In this document: piece by piece, positions 51,032 to 59,910 of the stretch | Position numbering within the stretch: position 1 is the stretch's first letter | Layout: each line of letters opens with the position of its first letter | Origin: an uncultured delta proteobacterium | GTDB taxonomy: Bacteria; Desulfobacterota; Binatia; Binatales; Binataceae | Direction of reading: 5' to 3' | NCBI GenBank assembly: GCA_963711565.1 | Contig: CAVQEQ010000004.1 | Span: 1,024,001 to 1,088,000 of the forward strand | Length of the DNA: 64,000 nt | Program-made: the position numbers and the translations under genes | Notes under the pieces: model-generated | The model's input: only the letters and a program-made list of their open reading frames with translations | Databases searched by the model: none | What the model was told of the DNA's origin: nothing

Positions 51032-51613
51032 TCAACGCAGCCCGGATGCTGCCGTGCGCGCGACTTTTACCCGCGATGTACCGCGCCGCTTAAGCTGTAT
51101 TTCACGCTTCAACTGCGCGCAAAGCCGCGCCAGCGCCCGCGCCTTGGCATCGACGATCTCGCGCCCAAGCTCCAACACCATTCTCCGCACCGGACTCGCA
51201 CCCGCGCGGCGCATCTCGGCCACCATCTCTGCCAGTATCGCCGTGCGCGCCACATCGTCGCGCCGCGACCGCTCCAGATGCTCGAGCGCGATCTCGGGCT
51301 CGCGGTCCGCAAAATAAACCTTCACCTGCGACTCGTCGAATACGAACAGCGGCTGCGCCGGCTCGCGCAGCATCCGCATAAAATGCGCCCGGCCGCGCGG
51401 CGTGATCGCATAAACCTTGCGCGCGCGCCGCCCATGCCGTTCCGTCCGCAGCTTGACGTGTCCGTCGTGCGCCAGCTTCTTCAACGCGGGATAAATCGAT
51501 CCGTCGCTGACCCGGTAAAAGAACCCGACCGGGTCCTGGAACCGCTGCTTCAGGTCGTAACCAGTCGCCTCCGCCTCCATCAAAAACCCGAGGATCGGAA
51601 ACTTCACATCCAT
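51032..51613 (-). CDS. PadR family regulator
   Basis: ILGFL..TGYDLK, GSIYPALKKL, KVYAITPRG. Confidence 0.9.
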   Translation of the reverse strand: MDVKFPILGFLMEAEATGYDLKQRFQDPVGFFYRVSDGSIYPALKKLAHDGHVKLRTERHGRRARKVYAITPRGRAHFMRMLREPAQPLFVFDESQVKVYFADREPEIALEHLERSRRDDVARTAILAEMVAEMRRAGASPVRRMVLELGREIVDAKARALARLCAQLKREIQLKRRGTSRVKVARTAASGLR

Positions 51614-51725
51614 CCGCGGCGGCGTCTTCTCGAATTCCAGGACCGACCTGGCCGGAAACAACTGCGCGCCGCCACGATATCCGTTCAGCGATATAAACGA
51701 CACCTCACGCATACCCATCGAGCCA

Positions 51726-51751
51726 ATAGCTCGACTTGAGCTATGAGTCAA
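51726..51751 (-). promoter_or_regulatory. Candidate promoter with palindromic operator for the PadR/ABC operon
   Basis: Minus-strand TTGACT followed by perfect palindrome ATAGCTC-N5-GAGCTAT (51726-51744). Confidence 0.55.
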
Positions 51752-51754
51752 CAA

Positions 51755-52276
51755 TCAGGGTGCAGCAGTATGACTGCGGATCGCTCGGCCAAGATTGCTC
51801 GACCCCGCCAGCGGCGCGACCCGCGCCCCGATAGCCGCCAACTCCCGCATCCGCGCCGGCTCGGGCTCCGTCCCAAACACCACATCCCAGAGCCGCGTCG
51901 TCACCCCGAAAATCGCGTCCGGCTCTGCCACATGATGCGCCAGATGCCGCGCGCGCAGCCGCGCCTCAACCTCGAACAACCGCGTCGCGAAATGAATCCG
52001 GTAATGTACGTACTCATACACCGCGAACCCCGCGACGATCCCGCCATAAAAGACCACGCCAGGCGCCAAACCAAACCACGCAAGCGCGCTGGCTAGCACC
52101 AGCGCAGTAGGAATCCACGCACCCAACGCAAAAACCGCGCGAGGATCGCGATGGTGCACGTCATGCAGCGGCGTCACGAACGTCCGATGCGCATGCCCGA
52201 GGACGCCATGAATGACGTATTCGACCAACGTCCACGCGAACAGCCCCGCCGCGAAAATCAGCAAATCGAGCAGCAT
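51755..52276 (-). CDS. Sterol desaturase/fatty acid hydroxylase family protein
   Basis: EYVIHGVLGH, HDVHH, YEYVHYRIH, HLAHH, FGVTTRLWD..GT. Confidence 0.88.
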   Translation of the reverse strand: MLLDLLIFAAGLFAWTLVEYVIHGVLGHAHRTFVTPLHDVHHRDPRAVFALGAWIPTALVLASALAWFGLAPGVVFYGGIVAGFAVYEYVHYRIHFATRLFEVEARLRARHLAHHVAEPDAIFGVTTRLWDVVFGTEPEPARMRELAAIGARVAPLAGSSNLGRAIRSHTAAP

Positions 52277-52350
52277 CTGGCCTGATCGTAATTCCGTTTC
52301 GTACCGGTAATCAACGCAGCGCTCGGCTTGCAGGCCCCGTCTTTCGGGCC

Positions 52351-52385
52351 TTGACACCCTATTCAAGGATTGGAATACTCCAATC
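52351..52385 (+). promoter_or_regulatory. Sigma70 promoter with overlapping palindromes upstream of the carotenoid oxygenase
   Basis: TTGACA-N17-AATACT; TATTC-N8-GAATA and GATTGGA-N4-TCCAATC. Confidence 0.55.
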
Positions 52386-52409
52386 TTGTAGCGGGAGGAA
52401 TAAAGCGAA

Positions 52410-53777
52410 ATGAACGATTCTGCCAATCCATACCTGACCGGCAACTACGCACCGTGGCGCGAAGAGGGCGACGCCTTCGATCTCGAGATCGAAGGCGAGC
52501 TGCCGCGCGAGCTCAACGGCGCGCTCTATCGAATCGGGCCGAACCCGCACTTCAAACCGCTCGGCCGCTACCATTGGTTCGACGGCGACGGGATGGTCCA
52601 TGCGTTCATCCTGCGCGACGGCCGCGCCGCCTATCGCAATCGCTACGTCCGCACCGACGGCCTCAAGGCCGAGATGAAGAATGGGCGCGCGCTCTTCGGC
52701 GGATTGCTCGGCACCCCGCGCGAGATGCCGCCGGATATGCCGCCCTTCAAGAACGCCGCCAACACCAACATCATCGGCTACGCCAGTCGCCTGCTCGCGC
52801 TGTTCGAGGCCGCGTCGCCGCACGAGCTCAAGCCGCTCACGCTCGAGACCGTCGGCCTGTTCGATTTCGGCGGCAAGCTCACCGGCCCCGTCACGGCGCA
52901 TCCGAAGTTCGATCCCGTCACCGGCGACTTGCTGTTCTTCGGCTACCAGCCTTTTCCGCCGTACGTGACGTGGTATCGCGCCAGCAGCGACGGCAAGCTG
53001 CTCGAGTCGCGCCCGATCGACACCGGCCTGCCCGTGATGATGCACGACTTCATCGCGACCGACGACTACGCGATCTTTTTCGTGTGCCCCTCTGTGTTCC
53101 ATCTCGAGAACGCGGCCGCGGGCAAACCGATGCTCAACTGGGAGCCGCAACACGGCACGAAGATCGGCGTGATGAACCGCAAGACCGGCGACGTGAAATG
53201 GTTCCAGGACGAAGCGTTCTACGTCTTCCACTTCCTCAATGCCTACGCGGAGAACGGCTCGATCGTTGTTGACGGCTGCCGGATGCGCTCGCTCGACATG
53301 ACCGGCAATTCCTTCGGCGGCAATCCGCCGCTGACCTGGCGATGGAATCTGAATCTGAAAGAGGGCTCGATGAGCCAGCGGCAGATCGATGACGTCTCGA
53401 ACGAGTTCCCGCGCTTCGACGAGCGCCTTGCCGGCCGCAAGCATCGCTACGGTTACTTTGCCGGCGGCAATCCCGGCTCGCCCGAGAAGGACACGAACTT
53501 CAAGGCTCTACTCAAGCGCGACTACCAGACCGACAAGGTCGAGGTTCACGACCTCGGCAAAAACTTTGCGCCCGGAGAGCCGGTGTTCGTGCCGCGCAAT
53601 GCGAGCTCGGCCGAAGACGACGGCTGGATTCTCGCGGTCTGGTACGACGCGGCGCTCAATCGCAGCGAGATGGTTGTGCTCGACGCGGATAACTTCGCGG
53701 GCGCTCCCGTCGCGCGGATCAAATTGCAGCATCGCGTGCCGTGGGGCTTTCATGGCAACTGGGTGTCCGCGCAATGA
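52410..53777 (+). CDS. Carotenoid cleavage oxygenase/lignostilbene dioxygenase family protein
   Basis: GPNP, WFDGDGM, four Fe-binding His (TAHP, MHDF, FHFLN, FHGNW), EFPR, EPVFVP, EDDG. Confidence 0.93.
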   Translation: MNDSANPYLTGNYAPWREEGDAFDLEIEGELPRELNGALYRIGPNPHFKPLGRYHWFDGDGMVHAFILRDGRAAYRNRYVRTDGLKAEMKNGRALFGGLLGTPREMPPDMPPFKNAANTNIIGYASRLLALFEAASPHELKPLTLETVGLFDFGGKLTGPVTAHPKFDPVTGDLLFFGYQPFPPYVTWYRASSDGKLLESRPIDTGLPVMMHDFIATDDYAIFFVCPSVFHLENAAAGKPMLNWEPQHGTKIGVMNRKTGDVKWFQDEAFYVFHFLNAYAENGSIVVDGCRMRSLDMTGNSFGGNPPLTWRWNLNLKEGSMSQRQIDDVSNEFPRFDERLAGRKHRYGYFAGGNPGSPEKDTNFKALLKRDYQTDKVEVHDLGKNFAPGEPVFVPRNASSAEDDGWILAVWYDAALNRSEMVVLDADNFAGAPVARIKLQHRVPWGFHGNWVSAQ

Positions 53778-54529
53778 AGAAGGCGGTGCGTTCGACCGCG
53801 GTACCGATTCGCAAACGCGCACGCGATGTTCCGCGTGAAGCTCCGAACGATGGGCTCGGCTACCTGCGGTTTCCCACCAGGAAGGCGTCGCTCGATCTCG
53901 CACTGCTCGGATTGATCGCGGAAGTCCCTGGCGTGTCCGGCTACGACATCATGAAGATCTTCGATCTGTCGATGGCGCATTACTGGCACGCGCAGCCGAC
54001 GCAGATCTACCCGACGCTCGATCGGATGGAGGAGTTCGGGCTGATCAAGAGCCGCAACGTCGTGCAGCGCAATCGGCCCAACAAGCGCCTCTACACGATC
54101 ACGCCGGCGGGCGAGCGAGTGCTGATCGAATGGCTAGAGAGTCCGTTCGAGGGAATCAACCTGAAGCATCCGCCGCTGCTGCGATGCCGCTTCCTGGGAC
54201 ATCTCGGCGCCGACGGCGCGATCGCGGTTCTCAAGGAAGAGCGGCGGTCGTGGGCGATTCATCTGAAGCGCTACCGCGAGCTGGAAAAGAACTACTTCGC
54301 CGACGGCAAGGGCTATCGCAACGTCAACGCGATGTTCTCGATGTTCACGCTCAGGCGCGGCATCGACTGGATGGAAGAGAACATCCGATGGTGCGATTGG
54401 ACGATGAGCGAGATCGACCGTAATCGCGCACTGTTCCCGGCCGAGAGCACGAAGGCCGCGTTGAAACCACTCATCCCATTCGATCCAATCCGCCACGGCC
54501 AGACCGCGCGAAGAAAAGCCGCCATCTAA
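53774..54529 (+). CDS. PadR family regulator
   Basis: SGYDI, QIYPTL, RPNKRLYTITPAG; ATGA overlap with the oxygenase. Confidence 0.9.
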   Translation: MKKAVRSTAVPIRKRARDVPREAPNDGLGYLRFPTRKASLDLALLGLIAEVPGVSGYDIMKIFDLSMAHYWHAQPTQIYPTLDRMEEFGLIKSRNVVQRNRPNKRLYTITPAGERVLIEWLESPFEGINLKHPPLLRCRFLGHLGADGAIAVLKEERRSWAIHLKRYRELEKNYFADGKGYRNVNAMFSMFTLRRGIDWMEENIRWCDWTMSEIDRNRALFPAESTKAALKPLIPFDPIRHGQTARRKAAI

Positions 54530-54535
54530 TCTAAG

Positions 54536-54592
54536 GTGAAACCCACCGTGGGTTTCACGCTTCCCTGGGCACGGGTAACCCCTGCACCTTAG
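54536..54592 (+). repeat. Repeat family C, opposite genomic orientation
   Basis: GTGAAACCCACCGTGGGTTTCACGCTTCCCTGGGCACGGGTAACCCCTGCACCTTAG. Confidence 0.88.
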
Positions 54593-54620
54593 CGTAACCT
54601 TTTCGGGGCATTGCGGTTTC
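54593..54620 (+). promoter_or_regulatory. Candidate ECF autoregulatory promoter
   Basis: CGTAACC -35 element directly upstream of the ECF gene; -10 element uncertain. Confidence 0.35.
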
Positions 54621-54715
54621 TGTAGATAGAGGCTGATGTGTCCCCGCGAGCTGTATCCTTATATGCGCGCTCTGCTGCGCGCGCGATCGGTCATCCCAAT
54701 ACGCGGGAGGGTGGG

Positions 54716-55294
54716 TTGAAGGCGCGGGTGGCGGCGAAAGTCGATGCCGACTACTCGGCTGAGCGCGCGCTGATTGAGGCGGCGCAGCGGGAGCGGGGGC
54801 GGTTTGCCGATTTGTATGAGGCCAACTTTGAGCGGGTTTATGCGTATGTCGTGCGGCGGGTGAGGGATCGGGACGAGGCGCAGGACGTTACCGCCGATGT
54901 TTTTCATCTGGCCCTGAAAAGTTTGCCGCGGTTTGAATGGCGCGGGGTGCCTTTCGCGGCCTGGCTTTTCAGGATCGCTGCCAACGAAATAGCTGATCGA
55001 TCAAAGAGCATCGCCAAGCGCCGGGCGCATGAGCGCGAGGCACTATTCGAGACGCCGGACGAACACGGCGGAGTCGCGGCGGGGTTTGAAGAGGCGGAGC
55101 GGCGGGGGCGATTGTTCAAGCTCGTCGAGCGGCTGCCGCGCGATCAGTCGCGCGTGATCGTGATGCGATTTGCCGAGCAGAAGTCGATTCGCGAAATCGC
55201 GACTGCGCTCGGGCGATCCGAGGGCAGTATCAAGCAGCTTCAATTCCGCGCCATGCAGAATTTGCGGGTGCGGTTGGGTGATTCGAATGGCTAA
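54716..55294 (+). CDS. ECF-type RNA polymerase sigma factor
   Basis: FADLYE, EAQDVTADVF, FAAWLFRIA, LPRDQ..SIREIA..LG; TTG start after GGGAGG (alternative start 54638). Confidence 0.92.
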   Translation: MKARVAAKVDADYSAERALIEAAQRERGRFADLYEANFERVYAYVVRRVRDRDEAQDVTADVFHLALKSLPRFEWRGVPFAAWLFRIAANEIADRSKSIAKRRAHEREALFETPDEHGGVAAGFEEAERRGRLFKLVERLPRDQSRVIVMRFAEQKSIREIATALGRSEGSIKQLQFRAMQNLRVRLGDSNG

Positions 55295-56810
55295 GGGGAA
55301 ACTGATCGAACAACTGGACCATGCGGTGGAGGCGATCATGGCGAAGCCAGATGCGTCGCTGCCCACGGCCGATCCGCGGCTGGCGGGGATTTTGCGGATC
55401 GCGGGCGAGTTGCGGGATTTGCCGCGCGCCGATTTCAGGGATCGTCTCAAGGCGGACCTTGCCGCCCAATCGAAGGAGCTTGAACCGTCGGCGCCCGGCG
55501 GCAAGCCGCTGTTCACTCATGAGGAGATAGAAGCGCGGCTGAAGGAATTGGCCGCCCAGCCGAAATTTATCGTGCATGACGTGCGCGCCGCGCTGAGCGA
55601 TTTGCCCCAGATGTCGATGCGCTTCCTCGATTCGATGAACAATCATCTGCTGATCGCGTCGCGCGGCGACAAGCGCACGCATTGGGAGCGCCATTTCGGG
55701 TCCGACGAGATGATCTACGTGATGGACGGTGAGACCGACGTCGTCACGTTGACCGACGGCGGGCCGGTCGAATCGACGATTCATGCTGGGTCGTTGTTCG
55801 TGTGTCCCGAGGGATTGTGGCATCGCCTGACGCCGCGGCCGTTCGTGTCCGCATTCTACCTGACGCCGGGCAACACGGCGGGCTCGGCCGCCAAGGATCC
55901 GCGACCGAAGAATGAGCGCGTCGCGAGAAGGCAGGTACGCAGGGGAACTGCCGCGAGGCTTAAGGAGCATGACCTGCGCGCGGCGCTCCGCGAGGTGCCG
56001 CATCTGAATATCACGGCGGACACGACCGCCCAGGAAGCCAATGCGGCAGTGCGCAACGTCGCGAAGATCGGAAATCTGACGCTGGGCGTGATGAGCTATA
56101 CCGGCTTGACGCCGTGGGAGCGGCATCCCGACGGCGACGAGCTGTTGCTGGCGCTTGATGGCGAGCTCGAAGTGACGGTGCTGACGGACGAGGGCCCGGT
56201 GACGCGGAAACTACGCGCGGGCGAGGCGTTCGTGTGTCCGCAAGGCTTGTGGCATCGGCAACTCGCGGCAAAATCGGTGTCGATGCTCTACGGGACGCCA
56301 ACCGACACGACCGAGATTTCGATGGCGGACGATCCTCGCGTCGAGAAAAAGGAAGCCGGCGCGGCGGCACCGGGAGTTGCACGGAGCATCATGCCGTTCC
56401 TGAATATTGAGGGCGTGGCCAGCGCGGTGGAATTCTACAAGAGCGTGTTTGGCGCGTCGGTACTGATGCGCGATGAGGAGCCGAGCGGGATCGTGAGCCA
56501 TGCGATGCTCAAGCTGGGCGACACGACGGTCATGCTGTCGGATCCGACGTCGGCGGACGTGAAGCAGAACGACGTGCATCACCTGTCGCGCTCGCCGCGA
56601 TCGTACGGCGGCTCGCCGGTGCAACTGTATATTTATGTCGCCGACACCGACGACGTTGTCCGGCGCGCGGTTGCGGCCGGCGCGAAGATTATTGACCCGG
56701 TGGAAGATCGGGACTGGGGCGACCGCTGCGGCGGGATCGAGGACCCATACGGTCACGTGTGGTTTGTTGGGACGCCGCTGAAGGACGTGCCGCCGAAGGA
56801 TTCGAATTAG
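55287..56810 (+). CDS. Putative anti-sigma domain + cupin + cupin + VOC (PhnB-like) fusion protein
   Basis: N-terminal LAGILRIAGELRDLPRADFRDRL; two WERH..DE..G..CP.GLWH cupin repeats; C-terminal AVEFYKSVFGA..DWGDRCGGIEDPYGHVW. Confidence 0.85.
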   Translation: MAKGKLIEQLDHAVEAIMAKPDASLPTADPRLAGILRIAGELRDLPRADFRDRLKADLAAQSKELEPSAPGGKPLFTHEEIEARLKELAAQPKFIVHDVRAALSDLPQMSMRFLDSMNNHLLIASRGDKRTHWERHFGSDEMIYVMDGETDVVTLTDGGPVESTIHAGSLFVCPEGLWHRLTPRPFVSAFYLTPGNTAGSAAKDPRPKNERVARRQVRRGTAARLKEHDLRAALREVPHLNITADTTAQEANAAVRNVAKIGNLTLGVMSYTGLTPWERHPDGDELLLALDGELEVTVLTDEGPVTRKLRAGEAFVCPQGLWHRQLAAKSVSMLYGTPTDTTEISMADDPRVEKKEAGAAAPGVARSIMPFLNIEGVASAVEFYKSVFGASVLMRDEEPSGIVSHAMLKLGDTTVMLSDPTSADVKQNDVHHLSRSPRSYGGSPVQLYIYVADTDDVVRRAVAAGAKIIDPVEDRDWGDRCGGIEDPYGHVWFVGTPLKDVPPKDSN

Positions 56811-56829
56811 GGGAAAAAGGAGAACAGCG

Positions 56830-57315
56830 ATGGCGAAAAAAGTGAAAATGATGCCCGACGGTTGGCATAACGTGACACCGTTCCTGAGCGTCAACGATGC
56901 GGCGCGCGCGGTCGAGTTCTATCGCAAGGCCTTCGGCGCGACCGAGTTGGAGCGCATGGCTGAACCGGACGGGAAGGTAAATCACGCGGTGCTGAAAATC
57001 GGCGACTCGATCGTAAGACTCTCGGACGACAGCTCCAAACACGCAGCGGAGTGGGTGGCGAAGGGCTGGTCGCGCAGTCCAAAATCGCTGGGCGGCACGC
57101 CGGTACACTTTTATGTTTACGTCGAGGACTCGGACGCGGTATTTAAACGTGCAATCGCCGCAGGCGCAAAAGTTATGGAGCCGGTGGTGGACAAGGAGTG
57201 GGGCGACAGGGTTGGGTCACTCACAGATCCTTTCGGACACATCTGGCTGGTCGCGACTCACAAAAGGGACGTGTCGTTTAAGGATGTCGTGAAGCTTCGC
57301 GCGGCCAGATCGTGA
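56830..57315 (+). CDS. VOC (PhnB-like) family protein
   Basis: VTPFL, AVEFYRKAFGA, WGDRVGSLTDPFGHIW. Confidence 0.9.
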   Translation: MAKKVKMMPDGWHNVTPFLSVNDAARAVEFYRKAFGATELERMAEPDGKVNHAVLKIGDSIVRLSDDSSKHAAEWVAKGWSRSPKSLGGTPVHFYVYVEDSDAVFKRAIAAGAKVMEPVVDKEWGDRVGSLTDPFGHIWLVATHKRDVSFKDVVKLRAARS

Positions 57316-57357
57316 AGCAGATCGTGGACGTGGACTGAGAGGAGCGGCGAACGCAAA

Positions 57358-58926
57358 ATGAAAATCTCCCGCATCATCGCAATCGGTCTAGCGGTCCTGT
57401 TCATCCTTTTGATCGCGCGCCTGAACCATGAGGAAAACGGCGGGCCGCCGCATGCGTTCGTGATGCTGCCCGGACAGGAGCCGGCGACCCTTTATCTGCC
57501 GGGGCCGGGGCATCCGTTCTATACGCTGTTTCCCAAACCGGTAGCGGAGCGGCCGCCGGCGGTCGTGCTGATTCACGGCTTCACCGGCGATCGCGTGTTG
57601 ATGAGCGGGCTCGCGCGGCGGCTGGCGGAGAATGGGTACGCGGTGCTGGCGATCGACGTTCACGGACACGGCGAGAATCGCAATCCGTTCAACAGCGGCG
57701 AAGCCCAGAACGACAGCCTGCGCGGGGACGTTAAGAATGCGGTCGATTTTCTTCGCGGCAGCCAATTCGTGGACGGATCGCGAATCGTCGTGATGGGGCA
57801 TTCGATGGGCGCGGGCGCGGCGCTCGACTACGCGACGAACGATCCAAGTGTCAAAGGCGCGGTGATGATTTCCGGCGGCTGGACGATGGGTCCCGAGCGT
57901 CCGAAGAACGCGCTGTTCATTTTCGCCCAGAATGACCCGGTCGAGGGAATCCAGGACACATCCACAGCAATCGCGGCGCATCTGGCGGGCGTCGAGCAGA
58001 TCGAACTTGGCAAGACCTACGGCGATTTCACGCAGAGCACCGCGGTCGAGGCGATCCGAATGCCGGGGCTCAATCACATAACGATCGTCAGCTCGCCGGC
58101 AGCCGCGACGGTCATCGTAAAATGGCTCGACAGTACATTTGGAACCGCGAGAACGGGCGCGATCGAAGTTAAAGACGCGCGTCGTGGATCGGCGAGATTC
58201 GCGCTGCTGGTGTTTGTGATCCTGCTGATTCCGATCGGCCGGTTTTGCGGCTCGATAGCGCCGGGCTGGGCGCAGGCGCGGCCGGGACCGAGCGGTTGGG
58301 CAGGACTGCTGATACTCGGTGGCGCACTGCTCGCGGCGATGCCACTGGCGGCGGCGAACCCGGCGTCGTTCGTGCAGATCATCGTGGGCGACATTCAGAT
58401 CTCATGGTTTGCGATCGCCGGGCTGATCATGCTCGGTGTGATCGCGCTGTGGCACCTGGCTGTCTGGGAGCATATCCGCGACGGCGCGGGCGCTGCGGTG
58501 CTGGCCGGCGCGGCGGGATTCACGGTCGCGTATGTGTGCCAGGTCGCGATGTCCCCGATGCTGCATCACCTGTCGTTGTCGCCCGAGCGGCTGATGGTGC
58601 TGGCGATGGCCACGGTGCTGATGTTCCCGTTCTGGATCAGTTTCGAGCTGCTGGTGCGGCGCGGCGGTCTCGCGATTTCGACGATGTGGGCGGTGCTCGG
58701 GCGTCTGCTGATCCTCATTCTGATGGCGGTGGGTGTCAGCCTGAACGTGTTGCCGGGCGTACTGATGCTAGTCCTGCCGATCATAGGAGTGGGCTTCGTG
58801 CTGATCGAAATCCTCTCGGCGTCGGCATACAGCGCGTCGCGCAATCTGCTGCTGATCGCAGTCGCCGAAACGATCTGGTTCGCGTGGATGATCGCGGCTG
58901 CAAGCCCGATCACTTTTATGTTCTAG
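57358..58926 (+). CDS. Membrane alpha/beta hydrolase with multi-TM C-terminal domain
   Basis: HGF, GHG, GHSMGA nucleophile elbow; hydrophobic C-terminal half. Confidence 0.85.
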   Translation: MKISRIIAIGLAVLFILLIARLNHEENGGPPHAFVMLPGQEPATLYLPGPGHPFYTLFPKPVAERPPAVVLIHGFTGDRVLMSGLARRLAENGYAVLAIDVHGHGENRNPFNSGEAQNDSLRGDVKNAVDFLRGSQFVDGSRIVVMGHSMGAGAALDYATNDPSVKGAVMISGGWTMGPERPKNALFIFAQNDPVEGIQDTSTAIAAHLAGVEQIELGKTYGDFTQSTAVEAIRMPGLNHITIVSSPAAATVIVKWLDSTFGTARTGAIEVKDARRGSARFALLVFVILLIPIGRFCGSIAPGWAQARPGPSGWAGLLILGGALLAAMPLAAANPASFVQIIVGDIQISWFAIAGLIMLGVIALWHLAVWEHIRDGAGAAVLAGAAGFTVAYVCQVAMSPMLHHLSLSPERLMVLAMATVLMFPFWISFELLVRRGGLAISTMWAVLGRLLILILMAVGVSLNVLPGVLMLVLPIIGVGFVLIEILSASAYSASRNLLLIAVAETIWFAWMIAAASPITFMF

Positions 58927-58936
58927 GAGACAGCTT

Positions 58937-59413
58937 ATGGCGGACAAATTGGATCCGATTCCGGTCGGGCCGCGCGCGATCACCGCATACCTGACAATCA
59001 AGGGCGCGGCGCAGGGAATTGAATTTTACAAGAAAGCATTCGGCGCGAAGGAGTTGATGCGCTGGACCGGGCCGGACGGAAGAGTGGGGCATGCCGAAGT
59101 CGAAATCAGCGGTACCCCGGTGTTCCTCAGCGACGAGCATCCCGAGATGGGCGTGGTCAGTCCGCAGACGCTGGGCGGGACCTGCGTCGGACTCCATCTG
59201 CTGGTCGAGGATGCGGACGCGACCTTCAAGCGGGCAATTGCGGCGGGCGGAAGGGCGATCAAGCCGATGGAAGACGAGCCGTGGGGTCAGAAGTCGGGAA
59301 CGCTGCAGGACCCGTTCGGGCATCGATGGTTCGTCACGCAGCGCACGGCGGAACTGTCGGTGGACGAGATGAACAAGATCGGCAAAGCCGCCGGCTACAA
59401 GACGCTCAGCTGA
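58937..59413 (+). CDS. VOC (PhnB-like) family protein
   Basis: IEFYKKAFGA, LSDEHP, DPFGHRW. Confidence 0.9.
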   Translation: MADKLDPIPVGPRAITAYLTIKGAAQGIEFYKKAFGAKELMRWTGPDGRVGHAEVEISGTPVFLSDEHPEMGVVSPQTLGGTCVGLHLLVEDADATFKRAIAAGGRAIKPMEDEPWGQKSGTLQDPFGHRWFVTQRTAELSVDEMNKIGKAAGYKTLS

Positions 59414-59414
59414 A

Positions 59415-59795
59415 ATGAAAGTCCATGACGTGCAGTCGGCGCTCGACGAGATTGTTGAGCAAGCCCACGCGAATCCTCGCGGCCGCGCCAACGCGGATTT
59501 CGGGATGCTGAATGACTACCAGCTCGGCCTCGGCCGTTACACGGGACAGTCGCCTTGGGAACGGCATCGCAACGGCGACGAACTGCTCTACGTGATGGAC
59601 GGCGAAGTCGAGATAACGTTGCTGTCGGAAGCCGGCGCAGAAGAGCGCGAAATTCTTCGCAGCGGAAGTCTGTTCGTAGTGCCGCGCGACCGCTGGCATC
59701 AGCTCAATACGTCGAACGAGGTCTCGATTTTCTTCGCGAGCCCGCCCGAAAGCGGCGCCGAGCGCACTCGCGACGACCCTCGCGGCTCGCAGTAA
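59415..59795 (+). CDS. Cupin domain protein
   Basis: PWERHRNGDELLYVMDGE..GSLFVVPRDRWH. Confidence 0.88.
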   Translation: MKVHDVQSALDEIVEQAHANPRGRANADFGMLNDYQLGLGRYTGQSPWERHRNGDELLYVMDGEVEITLLSEAGAEEREILRSGSLFVVPRDRWHQLNTSNEVSIFFASPPESGAERTRDDPRGSQ

Positions 59796-59910
59796 CCACC
59801 TTCATAATGCGCGCGATCAATGCGCGGCCGTGCTAGGCTTGCCGCAGCAGATCGCCCGGTCTGCTTTCATTACTATTAAACCCGTCGTACGCGACGAAAG
59901 GAAAGCAATC

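Noticed and set aside
52277-54640. Replication origin at the gene-orientation and skew switch
   Set aside because: No dnaA/dnaN, no DnaA-box cluster or long AT-rich unwinding region seen
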